Assembly (NCBI GenBank): GCA_964016885.1
Contig: OZ024743.1
Location: 328,352,001 to 328,416,000 of the forward strand
DNA length: 64,000 bases
From: Eledone cirrhosa
Taxonomy: Eukaryota
Direction: 5' to 3'
Position 1 is the first letter of the stretch. Each line of letters starts with the position of its first letter. A program made the position numbers and the translations under genes. The notes below the pieces were generated by a model, which worked only from the letters and a program-made list of their open reading frames with translations, did no database searches and was not told the origin of the DNA. Below are positions 25,262-39,074 of the stretch, in pieces.

Positions 25262-25683
25262 TTAACCCTTTTGATATCAAACTGTCTGAAACAGCTCATG
25301 GTTCTATGATACAAAATTGTTTTAAAGTGTTTATATTTATCTAAAAACCTGTCATCATAGTTTTATGTAAGAACCTTTGAGAAAATTAGTTATATTACTA
25401 AATCCTTCCAAATGTTTGATTATTTTCCAAATGATTTGAAAATCATAGGTATTGTCTTACATTAGAAATATGGTAACAAAAGGGTTAAAGTGTTTATATT
25501 TATCTAAAAACCTTACATCATGATTTTATGTAAGAACCTTTGTTAAGCTATGTTATAAACCCCAGCTTCATAACGAGAACATTAGTTATATTACTAATTC
25601 CCTCCACATTTCTTGTTATTTTTCAAAATGATTTGAAAATCAGTCTGTGACTTACATTACAAATATGGTAATGGAAGGGTTAA
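25262..25683. mobile_element. piggyBac-like MITE with internal tandem duplication
   Basis: Starts TTAACCCTT; AAGGGTTAA ends occur at 25488 and 25683; the internal block is duplicated. Confidence 0.65.
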
Positions 25684-25789
25684 ATTTGAAAAAAAAAGAA
25701 GAAAAAAAACATAACAAAATAAAATATTAATACACTACATCTAAAGTCATTTGTTTAATCTTACATGTTCAGAAGTATCTATCAATGGG

Positions 25790-26045
25790 TGAGCCCAGGC
25801 TCTGCTGCTTCCCAAGCCAAAGAGGGCAAACTGTGTAAGTATCAGCTGCTCTCTGATAGGTTTGTGATAGAGCATGTAGAAGTGGAGACTTCTGACGTTC
25901 TTGGCCCCCGGACCACATCCCTACTCACTGCTATCGGAGCGGAGTTGGTTGCCTGCATGTTTGAGCCCCGGGAGGTGGAGTGGATGTTCCAGCTTGTCTC
26001 CCTCACCATCCCCCGAGGCAATGTATTCTCCATCATGTTGGCAGA
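25790..26045 (+). mobile_element. CRE-like (restriction-like endonuclease) non-LTR C-terminal fragment
   Basis: PGSAA..A...K..KY......VET....GP......SL.I.RGN..SI matches the C-terminus of CRE-type elements. Confidence 0.65.
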
Positions 26046-26509
26046 GGATAGGTTAGTTGGAGGTGAAGAATACTCGTTTCGACGTCACTTTCTCTAGCTA
26101 TCATTTGTTATGTACATAAGTTGTTTATATATATTAACTGTATTAACTTTTCTTTTTATGGCATTCCATACATACTCATGTAAAAGTGGAGTTTATTGGA
26201 CTATTTTATGAGGTTAAATTTTGGGGGTTGACTATTACATGAATACTATTTTCAAGGAGCTGTTATTTACAATGTAATTCAAACTACTGTATCAATAAAC
26301 AGGAGTCCAAGTGGATCCCTAAATGAATAAAAACAATACAATAAATTACAGTAATAACACTGATATTTCTACACACTGAAACACATTTCCTACTACCAAA
26401 ATTCATAAATATGGCCATGTAGCTCTTAGAATTATTTCCATCTTTGTACATCAGAGCATAATCCCATAGTAAAATTAATTTTGTCATTGTAACATTTAAA
26501 AGGTAGGTA

Positions 26510-26925
26510 GGCGTAAAAGCCAAACTCGTTATCTTCAATTCGATATTCGTGCCAACGAATACCGAATTGAAGATAGCGAGTTTGGTCATGAATCTTGGGA
26601 ATGACCAAAAGAATACAAGCGACTGAAATGGGGTTCCTCTGGAGAGTCTTTGGAGTAATGTTACTTGATAGGGTGCATAGCTCAAAGATCAGAGAGTCTC
26701 TCCAAGTAGAGCTGCTACTTTTCTTAATTCAGAGATCGCAGTCCTGATACCACCACATGTGCTTAGTATGTCTCAGGAAAGAATTGCTGGAGACCCAGGA
26801 GTAAACCTGAGCAAGATGGTTAGATAACATCCATTAACTTAGCTGGTCTTGCTTGGGGATCCAGCTGGATCAATTGGAGATGGTTGATTCTGCCCCCTTA
26901 ACCCTCAGGAATAAGTGGGCTAAGA
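26510..26925 (+). mobile_element. Degenerate RTE (Expander/Rex3-like) 3' fragment
   Basis: KAKL...GHESW...EMGFL...RWLDNIH; homologous to 53220-53675. Confidence 0.7.
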
Positions 26926-27369
26926 AGTAACATTTATGATCTGAATAAAACCTTGATTCACATGCTCAACTAGGTTCTACGTAGGGGGAAAAAATCCAAA
27001 TATTTTGGCAAAAATGGGGTGGTGGTGGTGGATGTCAACATATAAAGAAATTAACTTTTACATGGGTTTAATTTTTACATAAATATATACAGTAACTTTT
27101 ACAGAAGTATATTCAGTGATTTTTACAGAAGTATATAAGTAATTTTTACACAAGTATATACAATAATTTTTACACAAGTATATGTAGTAATTTTTATTCA
27201 GAAAAAAAAAATGTCCACAATCACCAGCTAATATAACTGAATATTTTTACACTCAGATAGCATTTAACCCTTTTAGTTGTCTGATCTTTTTGACTATTTA
27301 AGGCCTCTATAAGTGTTGTAAGATTACGGATTTATATCTGGAAAGTTTCTTTTCAGGATGCTAGTCTAG

Positions 27370-27925
27370 GTGAGGTATATTATGGAAGGCCAGCTGTACG
27401 CAGGTCTAAGTAAGGTTTATTATGGAAGGCAGTAGTACACAGGTCTGGAGAAGATTTATTATGGAAGGTCAGTAGTCAGAGGTCTGGAGAAGGTTTATGG
27501 AAGGCCAGTAGTACACAGGCCTGGAGAAGGTTTATTATGGAAGGCCAGTAGTCAGAGGTCTGGAGAAGGTTTATTATGGAAGGCCAGTAGTACACAGGCC
27601 TGGAGAAGGTTTATTATGGAAGGCCAGTAGTCAGAGGTCTGGAGAAGGTTTATTATGGAAGGCCAGTAATACACAGGCCTGGAGAAGGTTTATTATGGAA
27701 GGCCAGTAGTACACAGGTCTGGAGAAGGTTTATTATTGTAGGCCAGTAGTACAGAGGTCTGGAGATGGTTTATTATGGAAGGCCAGTAGTAGACAGGTCG
27801 GGAGAAGGTTTATTATAGAACGTCAGTAGTCAGAGGTCTGGAGAAGGTTTATTATGGAAGGCCAGTAGTAGACAGGTCTGGAGATGGTTTATTATGGAAG
27901 GTCAGTAGTCAGAGGTATGGGTGAA
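27370..27925. repeat. 39-40-bp tandem repeat GGTTTATTATGGAAGGCCAGTAGTACACAGGTCTGGAGAA, about 14 copies
   Basis: Seen directly. Confidence 0.95.
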
Positions 27926-28085
27926 GTTTTACATTTTAGGGAAGTGGAAAAAAATAAGACGAACGATATAATTATGACAATCAAGATTTAACTATCTTAG
28001 ATTTCCTAGTCTTTCGGGAGATGCAGCGGTCAGACGTATATAATAACCCCGAGATAATGACAGATAATAGGAAGCTACGTCAAGA

Positions 28086-28428
28086 AAAATTAAAGGAAAC
28101 AAAAAAATTTATCTTTAATAAAAAGAAGTTTGCATTCATGAGTTTTATATCGAATAATATTCAATTCGTTTGCAAGGGAAAAAACTCTTTCAAAATAAAA
28201 AAGGGAGATAATCACATTTTATAATTGATTTGGAGCTTATAAACTCAGTGCATTAAAATTAAAGGAAACAAAAAAATTTATCTTTAATAAAAAGAAGTTT
28301 GCATTCATGAGTTTTATATCGAATAATATTCAATTCGTTTGCAAGGGAAAAAACTCTTTCAAAATAAAAAAGGGAGATAATCACATTTTATAATTGATTT
28401 GGAGCTTATAAACTCAGTGCATTAAATT
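28086..28428. repeat. Apparently perfect 169-bp tandem duplication
   Basis: AAAGGAAACAAAAAAATTTATC occurs at 28092 and 28261 with identical continuation. Confidence 0.9.
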
Positions 28429-28620
28429 TAGATAACATAATTATATATTGTAATTAAATCTAAATAAAATTACAAAAATGGAACATTTTATTCTTAATCT
28501 TTCGTTCTTTAATTCTCTAAAGATGAATGTTTATAAACTCTTCTTTCATACTTTAAATGTCAGTATGTAAGTTGAGATTGATGAAATATCGTTGTCGTCG
28601 TCATCATCATCATCATCATC

Positions 28621-28651
<31 letters not shown>

Positions 28652-29173
28652 AATTATTGTGTACAGTGCTCAGGTGCACTACAACTCATCAAAGGTGCAT
28701 GTATAGTACATAGAATAATGTACAAATGTCAGGAAAATGATCAACATCATCGCTTAACATTTATTTTTCTATGCTGGTATGGGTTGAACGTATTGTGACA
28801 GACCAAGTCTGTTCTTAATCAGAGCTACTGATTTCTCAGACGGGTCGGGGGCCCACATCTCGCTTGCATACATTCTGGTTTTGGCCTGGTTTCTATTGCT
28901 CGTTGCCCTATCGTTAACTACTTTACGGAGTGTACTGAATGTATTTTATCACAACACGAGATGTTGTCGCGCCCTTAACACAACTAAAGAGTTCTCTCAA
29001 CCTTTTATATGTCTATATATTTATATATGAAGGCGGTGAATTGGCAGAGTCGTTAGAACGTCCGATAAAGTGCTTTGTGGTATTCGTTCCGGTTCTCTGC
29101 TCTCTGAGTTTAAATCGCGCCTTTCATTCTTTGGAGGTTGATACAAAAAAATACCAGTCAAGTATTGCGGTCG

Positions 29174-29230
<57 letters not shown>

Positions 29231-29489
29231 CTCGCTCTACCCCCCTCACTCTGGAAGAAATTTGTTTTACTCAGGCTTGGAGAGGAATGGGCTCCGCCAG
29301 GCTTAACATGCCCAAGAAACGGCGTATGTCAATACTCTGTCAGGAGTTACGGGACCATACATACGTATATATGTGTGTATGTGGTTAGGTTTTTTAAGAA
29401 GTTGAGAGAAAGTGACACCGAAACAAATATCCTGCACCTCCAGCTAACTTACTTTCCGCATCTGGGTCGCAGCCGACAGGATGGAGAAT

Positions 29490-29720
29490 ACATTGCCCCG
29501 GACGACGGCGAGGAAGACATGCTGAAACAGACACTCCACCTTGTGGGGCTCGCACCTGTGGGCAGCCAACTCTGCTCCGATAGCAATGTGTAGGGATGTG
29601 GTCCTGGGACAAGAACGTCGGAAGTCTCAACTGCTACAAGTTCTACCACAAACCTATCGAAGAGCGGCCGATATTTGGACATTTTGCCCTCTTTAGCCTG
29701 ACGGGCAGCAGAGCCTGGAT
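29490..29720 (-). mobile_element. Second CRE-like C-terminal fragment
   Basis: PGSAARQAKEGKMSKYRPLFDRFVVELVAVETSDVL is homologous to 25790-26045. Confidence 0.65.
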
Positions 29721-30492
29721 TTCGGAAAATAAACGAGGTTAGCCAGAAAATATTATCTATTAAACGTGATCTCATTGGTTGTTGGTTTCTTTCATTGTGG
29801 CTGAGTATTCCGTAGACACCTGTGCCTTTAACACAATTCCCAAGCCGAATCTGTGTGACACAGTATATAAGGCCGGCTCTTCGAATTACAGTTACAGTCC
29901 GTTTGACGGGCTTCCAAACAGTTTCCGTCTACCCATTTTCACTCACAAGGAATGGATAGATCCAAGGCTATGTTAAATTACACATGTTCAAGATACCACA
30001 CCGTATGATTGAACGCCCAAAGCGAACTCAGTAACCATTCGATTGACACAGTTAAAACTAAATATAAGAAATTACCTCCCTTGTGTAATGAGTACGCTCC
30101 CTTGTCTGATTCATATCAATGTTTGTATGTACGTATGTATGCCTGGTCCCGTAACTCCCAAGGGAGTCGTAGGGACGCCGTATTAACATTTTTAAAACCT
30201 GGCGAAGCCCTTCCTTTTCCAATTCTGAATACAGCAGATTTCTTCCAGAGAAGGATAAAGAAAATAACAGAAAGGAAGTGAGAAGGAGACGTAGAGGAAG
30301 AATTGACCCCAGTACTTGACTGATACTTTTTTTTATCGACCTCGAATGGATTAAAGGCAAAGTTGATCTCAGCGGGGGCGGAGAGCCGGAACGAATACCG
30401 GAAAGCATTCTATCCGACGTTCTAACGACTCTACCAATATTAATGTTTGCATTAGTAAACCGAAGCTGAAGAATATAGACAGTATTCACCTA

Positions 30493-31795
30493 TCTCCCAC
30501 TGTAAAGTGGTCGTGTAGGCGCCACGGCACCAGCACCCAGACAACACTGTAAAGTGGTCCTGTAGGCGCCACGGCAAAAAGCATCCGGTCTACATTGTAA
30601 AGTGGTCGTGTAGACGCCACGGTAAAAAGCACACAGTCAACACTGTAAAGTGGTCGTGTAGGCGCCACGGTAAAAAGCACACAGTCCACACTCTAAAGTG
30701 GTCGTGTAGACGCCACGGTAAAAAGCACACAGTCCACACTCTAAAGTGGTCGTGTAGACGCCACGGTAAAAAGCACACAGTCAACACTGTAAAGTGGTCG
30801 TGTAGACGCCACGATAAAAAGCACAGTCAACACTGTAAAGTGGTCGTGTAGACGCCACGGTAAAAAGCACACAGTCAACACTGTAAAGTGGTCGTGTAGA
30901 CGCCACGGTAAAAAGCACACAGTCAACACTGTAAAGTGGTCGTGTAGACGCCACGGTAAAAAGCACACAGTCAACACTGTAAAGTGGTCGTGTAGGCGCC
31001 ACGGTAAAAAGCACACAGTCCACACTCTAAAGTGGTCGTGTAGACGCCACGGTAAAAAGCACACAGTCCACACTCTAAAGTGGTCGTGTAGACGCCACGA
31101 TAAAAAGCACAGTCAACACTGTAAAGTGGTCGTGTAGACGCCACGGTAAAAAGCACACAGTCAACACTGTAAAGTGGTCGTGTAGACGCCACGATAAAAA
31201 GCACAGTCAACACTGTAAAGTGGTCGTGTAGACGCCACGGTAAAAAGCACACAGTCAACACTGTAAAGTGGTCGTGTAGACGCCACGATAAAAAGCACAC
31301 AGTCAACACTCTAAAGTGGTCGTGTAGACGCCACGGTAAAAAGCACACAGTCAACACTGTAAAGTGGTCGTGTAGACGCCACGATAAAAAGCACACAGTC
31401 AACACTGTAAAGTGGTCGTGTAGACGCCACGGTAAAAAGCACAGTCAACACTGTAAAGTGGTCGTGTAGACGCCACGGTAAAAAGCACAGTCAACACTGT
31501 AAAGTGGTCGTGTAGACGCCACGGTAAAAAGCACACAGTCCACACTGTAAAGTGGTCGTGTAGACGCCACGATAAAAAGCATCCGGTCCACACTGTAAAG
31601 TGGTCGTGTAGGCACCACGATAAAAAGCACACAGTCCACACTGTAAAGTGGTCGTGTAGGCACCACGATAAAAAGCATCCGGTCCACACTGTAAAGTGGT
31701 CGTGTAGGCGCCACGGTAAAAAGCATCCGGTCCACACTGTAAAGTGGTCATGTTGGCGTCACGGTAAAAAACAACCAGTGTACATCGTAAATGAG
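30493..31795. repeat. 46-48-bp minisatellite, about 27 copies, derived from the RTE 3' UTR
   Basis: The unit CACTGTAAAGTGGTCGTGTAGACGCCACGGTAAAAAGCACACAGTCAA and both array ends match 19561-19674. Confidence 0.93.
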
Positions 31796-32235
31796 AAATT
31801 TTTTTATGTTCTCTCCGTTGATTAAAAAAAAAAGCCAGAATTAGTGGTTTAGTTTACATATTGAGACTCCAACCCATCCTATTTATTTTATAACAAATGT
31901 GATTTCTAGTAATGTTCTTTTTTGTCATGTATAATGTTTTTTGATGTATAAAGAAAATTAATTGTCGCAGGACTGTTACCACTTAAAATATATTTCGCCG
32001 GAGTAGATTAGCAACATTTAATAAGTGTGGGTGAGGGTGGAATAAGAGCGGGGGTGTTGGAAAAAATCTGAAATATTAATAAGCGGGGATTGGGGTGGAG
32101 CATTTATTCGAGACCCGAGAGTAGTTCTGGGTTCATTCCTGCTGCGCGGCAAATGTTTTATACTGTAGCCTCGGCTTAACCAATGCCGTTTGAGTGGAAT
32201 TTCATAGGTGGAAACTGCAGAAACTCATTCATTTG

Positions 32236-32310
<75 letters not shown>

Positions 32311-32399
32311 TGATTAATGTTCAGAGCCATCCTCAGCATTCTCGTGTAGCACCCATCCACCATCTGAGTGAGTTTTTTGGCTCTGAACATTAATCAGTA

Positions 32400-32703
32400 T
32401 ACACTGAGGATGAAAAACTCAGAGCTGTACCGGAGCCTCCCAAAGGTCAGCTCAAAAGTGACACAGAGGAGACTGAGGGGAGCTGGACATGCTCACCGAC
32501 ATCCAGAGTTGACACTGCACTCGGTGCTCCTGTGGGAGCCCCTACATGGACACACTGGAAGAGGAAGACCAAGGTTAACGTATATTGATGCTCTAAGGAC
32601 AGCCACTGGTCTGTTGGAGACGCAGGACATGGCAGCGATAACGAGGGGCAGAGACCGCTGGAAAGAACTCGTCCATGGATCTCGGGGATTTTACCCGTCC
32701 TAG
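32400..32703 (+). mobile_element. RTE/RTEX-like LINE 3' fragment of a different family
   Basis: NSELY..LP.VS.....RRLR.AGH..RH......LLWEP.HG...RGRP.LTYID.L.......RDRW. Confidence 0.75.
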
Positions 32704-32714
32704 ATATATATATA

Positions 32715-32880
32715 TATGTAAAAGGTAAACAGAAATAACAACACAATCGGTACAGTATATGGAAGGGATATATTAGGTTAACGCTTGATATAGCAGGAAG
32801 AGGGTCTTAACATTTCGGACGCTAGTCCTTTATCAGAAGAAAGAATGAGAAATAAGATAGATTGAGGGGACGGGCGGGAT
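32715..32880 (-). mobile_element. Penelope-like pseudo-LTR end with a degenerate hammerhead, abutting (TA)n
   Basis: The minus strand reads TCTT CTGATAA A GGAC TAGC GTCC GAAA TG TT AAGA. The same terminal sequence ACAGAAATAACAACACAATCGGTACAGTATA also occurs at about 22900. Confidence 0.55.
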
Positions 32881-32914
32881 GGAATTGGAAAAAATGTCTT
32901 TAGATAACACGTGC

Positions 32915-33450
32915 CTTACTGGTGCTTTATCGACCCCGTAAGGATGAAAGACAAGGCTAACCTTGAACTCATAACATAAAGGAATGTAACTATATGCCGC
33001 GAAGCATGTTGTCCGACACTCTACCGATCCTGTCAATCCACTGTCCTTTTCTAGTTAATAATTTTTTCTACTTTTCGCACAAGGCCAACAATTATGCCAG
33101 TGCATTACTGGTACTTTATTTTATCGGCCCCGTAAGGATGAAAGGCAAAGTTAACCTCAGCGGGATTTGAACTCAGAATGGCAAGGGCCGTAACTCTATG
33201 CGTCAAAGCATGGAGTCCGACCCTCTAACGAATGGTTTCTGATTTAGGCACAAGCCCAACAATTTGGGAGAGGGGAAAGTAAATTAAATCGACCCCAATG
33301 TGTTACTGGTACTTTATTTTATCGACCCCGTAAAGATGAAAGACAAAGTTAACCTTGGCGGGATTCGCACTCAGAACACAAAGGGATGTAATTCTATGCC
33401 GCGAAGTATGTTGTCCGACGCTCTACCGATTCAACTGCCAATCCATCTCC
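32915..33450 (-). mobile_element. Three tandem tRNA-derived SINEs
   Basis: Repeated ACTGGTACTTTATTTTATCGACCCCGTAAGGATGAAAGGCAAAG...GATTTGAACTCAGAA. Confidence 0.8.
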
Positions 33451-33681
33451 TTCTTTTCTAGTTAAAAATAAAAATAAAAATAAAAATAAAAATAAAAATA
33501 AATCACTAAAAATTATTTTAAACCAGTCATGTACTAGGGTCTGGTTTAATCTACTGCTCCCCACCCCCCAGAAGAAATTGCTGGCCTTGCCTAAATTAGA
33601 AATGACTATTTATTTCCTGTTACTTATCTGTTGTCTCTCTAATTAATAATACCTGTCAAGGACGGCAGCCATGGCCGACAT

Positions 33682-36600
33682 ACTACACCACCTTCACCAC
33701 TACTACCACCACTACTACTACCACCACCACTACTACTACCACCTCCACCACTACCACCACCTCCACCACTACTACCACCACCACTACTACTACCACCTCC
33801 ACTACTACCAGCTCCACCACTACCACCACCTCCACCACTACTACGACCTCCACCACTACTACCACCTCCACCTCCACCACTACCACCACTTCCACCACTA
33901 CTAACACCTCCACCACTACCACCACATCCACCACTAAAAACCACCTCCACCACTACTACCACCACCACTACTACTACCACCTCCACTACTACCACCTCCA
34001 CCACTACCACCACCTCCACCAGTACTACCACCTTCACCACTACTACCACCTCCACCACTACCACCACCTCCACCACTACTACCACCTCCACCACTACTAC
34101 CATCTCTACCACTACTACTACCACTATCACTACTACTACTACCACCACCACCACTACTACTACCATCACTACTACCACCACCACTACTACTACTACCACC
34201 ATCACAACTACCACTACCACCACCATTACTACTACTACCGCCATCACCACTACTACTACCACCATCACCACCTCCACTACCACCATCACTACTACTACTA
34301 CTACCACCATCACCACCTCCACTACCACTATCACTACTACTACTACCACCATCACCACCTCCACTACCACCATCACTACTACTACTACCACCATCACCAC
34401 CTTCACTACCACCATCACTACTACTACTACCACCATCACTACTACTACCACCATCACCACCTTCACTACCACCATCACCACTACTACTACTACCACCATC
34501 ACCACCTTCACTACCACCATCGCTACTACTACTACCACCATCACTACTACTACCACCATCACCACTACTACTACCACCATCACCACTACTACTACCACCA
34601 TCACCACTACTACTACCACCATCACTACTACTACCACCATCACCACCTCCACTACCACCATCACTACTACTACTACCACCATCACCACCTTCACTACTAC
34701 CATCGCTACTACTACTACCACCATCACCACTACTACTACCACCATCACCACCTCCACTACTACCACCATCACCACTACTACTACCACCATCACCACCTTC
34801 ACTACCACCATCACTACTACTACTACCACCATCACTACTACTACCACCATCACCACCTCCACTACCACCATCACTACTACTACTACTACCACCATCACCA
34901 CCTTCACTACCACCATCGCTACTACTACTACCACCATCACTACTACTACCACCATCACCACTACTACTACCACCATCACCACTACTACTACCACCATCAC
35001 CACTACTACTACCACCATCACTACTACTACCACCATCACCACCTCCACTACCACCATTACTACTACTACTACTACTACCACCATCACCACCTCCACTACT
35101 ACCATCACTACTACTACTACCACCATCACCACCTCCACTACTACCATCACTACTACTACTACTACCACCATCACCACCTCCACTACTAACATCGCTACTA
35201 CTACTACCACCATCACCACTACTACTACCACCATCACTACTACTACCACCATCACCACTACTACTACCACCATCACCACCTCCACTACTACCATCGCTAC
35301 TACTACTACCACCATCACCACTACTACTACCACCATCACCACCTCCACTACCACCATTACTACTACTACTACTACTACCACCATCACCACCTCCACTACT
35401 ACCATCACCACTACTACTACCACCATCACTACTACTACTACCACCATCACCACTACTACTACCACCATCACCACCTCCACTACCACCATTACTACTACTA
35501 CTACTACTACCACCATCACCACCTCCACTACTACCATCACCACTACTACTACCACCATCACCACTACTACTACCACCATCACCACCTCCACTACTACCAT
35601 CACTACTACTACTACCACCATCACTAATACTACCACCATCACCATCACCACTACTACTACCACCACCATCACTACTACTACCACCATGACCACCTCCACT
35701 ACCGCCATCACTACTACTACTACCACCATCACTACTACTACTACTACCACCATCACCACCTCCACTACTACCATCACTACTACTACCACCACCATCACTA
35801 CTACTACCACCATCACTACTACTACTATCACCATCATCACTACTACTACCACCATCACCACTACTACTACCACCATCACTACTACTACTAACACCATCAT
35901 CACTACTACTACCACCACCATCACTACTACTACCACCATCACCACCTCCACTACCACCATCACTACTACTACTACTACCACCAGCACCACCTCAACCACC
36001 ACCATCACCACCTCCACTACCACTACTACTACTACAACCACCAGCACCACCTCCACCACCACCATCACCACCTCCACTACCACCATCACCACTACTACTA
36101 CCACCATCACTACTACTACTACCACCATCACCACCTCCACTACCACCATCACCACTACTACTACCACCATCACCACTACTACTACCACCATCACTACTAC
36201 TACTACCACCATCACCACTACTACTACCACCATCACTACTACTACTACCACCACCATCACCACCTCCACTACCACCATCACCACTACTACTACCACCATC
36301 ACCACTACTACTACCACCATCACCACTACTACTACCACCATTACCACTACTACTACCACCATCACCACCTCCACTACCACCATCACTACTACTACTACCA
36401 CCATCACCACCTCCACTACCACCATCACCACTACTACTACCACCATCACCACCTCCACTACCACCATCACCACTACTACTACCACCATCACCACTACTAC
36501 TACCACCATCACTACTACTACTACCACCATCACCACTACTACTACCACCATCACTACTACTACTACCACCACCATCACCACCTCCACTACCACCATCACC

Positions 36601-38550
36601 ACTACTACTACCACCATCACTACTACTACTACCACCATCACCACTACTACTACCACCACCATCACCACTACTACTACCACCATCACCACTACTACTACCA
36701 CCATCACTACTACTACTACCACCATCACCACTACTACTACCACCATCACTACTACTACTACCACCACCATCACCACTACTACTACCACCATCACTACTAC
36801 TACTACCACCATCACCACTACTACTACCACCATCACTACTACTACTACCACCACCATCACCACCTCCACTACCACCATCACCACTACTACTACCACCATC
36901 ACTACTACTACTACCACCATCACCACTACTACTACTACCACCATCACCACTACTACTACCACCATCACCACTACTACTACCACCATCACCACCTCCACTA
37001 CCACCATCACCACTACTACTACCACCATCACCACCTCCACTACCACCATCACTACTACTACTACTACCACCATCACCACCTCCACTACCACCATCACCAC
37101 CTCCACTACCGCCATCACCACTACTACTACCACCATCACCACCTCCACTACCACCATCACCACTACTACTACCACCATCACCACTACTACTACCACCATC
37201 ACCACCTCCACTACCACCATCACCACTACTACTACCACCATCACCACTACTACTACCACCATCACCACCTCCACTACCACCATCACCACCTCCACTACCA
37301 CCATCACTACTACTACTACCACCATCACCACCTCCACTACCACCATCACTACTACTACTACTACCAACATCACCACCTCCACTACTACCATCACCACTAC
37401 TACTACCACCATCACCACTACTACTACCACCATCACCACCTCCACTACCACCATCACCACTACTACTACCACCATCACCACTACTACTACCACCATCACC
37501 ACCTCCACTACCACCATCACTACTACTACTACCACCATCACCACCTCCACTACCACCATCACCACTACTACTACCACCATCACCACTACTACTACCACCA
37601 CCATCACTACTACTACCACCAGCACCACCTCCACTACCACCATCACCACTACTACTACCGCTATCATCACTACTACTACCACCATCACCACCTCCACTAC
37701 CACCATCACTACTACTACTACCACCATCACCACCTCCACTACCACCATCACCACTACTACTACCACCATCACCACTACTACTACCACCATCACCACCTCC
37801 ACTACCACCATCACCACTACTACTACCACCATCACTACTACTACTACCACCATCACTACTACTACTACCACCATCACCACCTCCACTACCGCCATCACCA
37901 CCTCCACTACCGCCATCACCACCTCCACTACCACCATCACCACCTCCACTACCACCATCACCACCTCCACTACCACCATCACTACTACTACTACCACCAT
38001 CACCACCTCCACTACCACCATCACCACTACTACTACCACCATCACCACTACTAATACCACCATCACCACCTCCACTACCACCATAACCACTACTACTACC
38101 ACCATCACCACTACTACTACCACCACCATCACCACCTCCACTACCACCATCACCACTACTACTACCACCATCACTACTACTACTACCACCATCACTACTA
38201 CTACTACCACCATTACCACTACTACTACTACCATCACCACTACCACTATCACCACCACCACCACCACTACCACCATCACCACCGCCAGTACCACCATCAC
38301 CACCACTACTACTACCACTACCACCACCATCATCACCACTACCACTATCACCACTACTTCTACCACCACCACCACCACCACTACCACTATCACTACCTCC
38401 ACTACCACCTCAACCACCACCTCCACTACCACCGTCACCACCTCAACCACCACCACCATCACCACTTCAACCACCACCTCCGCCACTATCACCTCCACCA
38501 CCACCACCACTACTACCACCATCACCACCACCATTACACACCACCCCCAC
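33682..38550. repeat. 4.9-kb ACC/ACT/ATC trinucleotide-derived minisatellite with a dominant 21-bp period
   Basis: Units ATCACCACTACTACTACCACC and ATCACCACCTCCACTACCACC. Confidence 0.97.
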
Positions 38551-38883
38551 TACTCCTAGTGTGTAAGAAATGAAACCAGCTCTAAAAACATGTTCTAAGC
38601 TCGTCATTTGTCCAGATATTGTTGTACAGTGGTTGATAATGACTGTATTTATCATAGCAGTCGTTTGCCTGTCGATTTGTTTGTAATAAATATCTATGAC
38701 ATGACATCGGCTTTATTATCGGAGATAATCTCGGGAGCTCACACCTATGGCTTATACAGACACGCACACACACACACACACACTCACACACACACACATA
38801 TATATATACACACCAATCTATATATACGTACACACAAATATGTATATATGTAAATATTCGCACACACAAATATATATATATAC

Positions 38884-38984
<101 letters not shown>

Positions 38985-39074
38985 AAAGTTATATTTAAAT
39001 TGTTGGGATACAGCAAGCAAATATTTTTATAACTGATATAAAGCACTCAACACATTTTTGGAGTAAAAATACAA

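Noticed and set aside
30493-31795. CRISPR-like array of hairpin repeats
   Set aside because: The units are contiguous with no unique spacers, there are no cas genes, the context is eukaryotic, and the unit derives from the RTE 3' UTR.
33639-38534. 1631-aa poly-Val ORF on the minus strand
   Set aside because: Antisense reading of a trinucleotide minisatellite; implausible as a protein.
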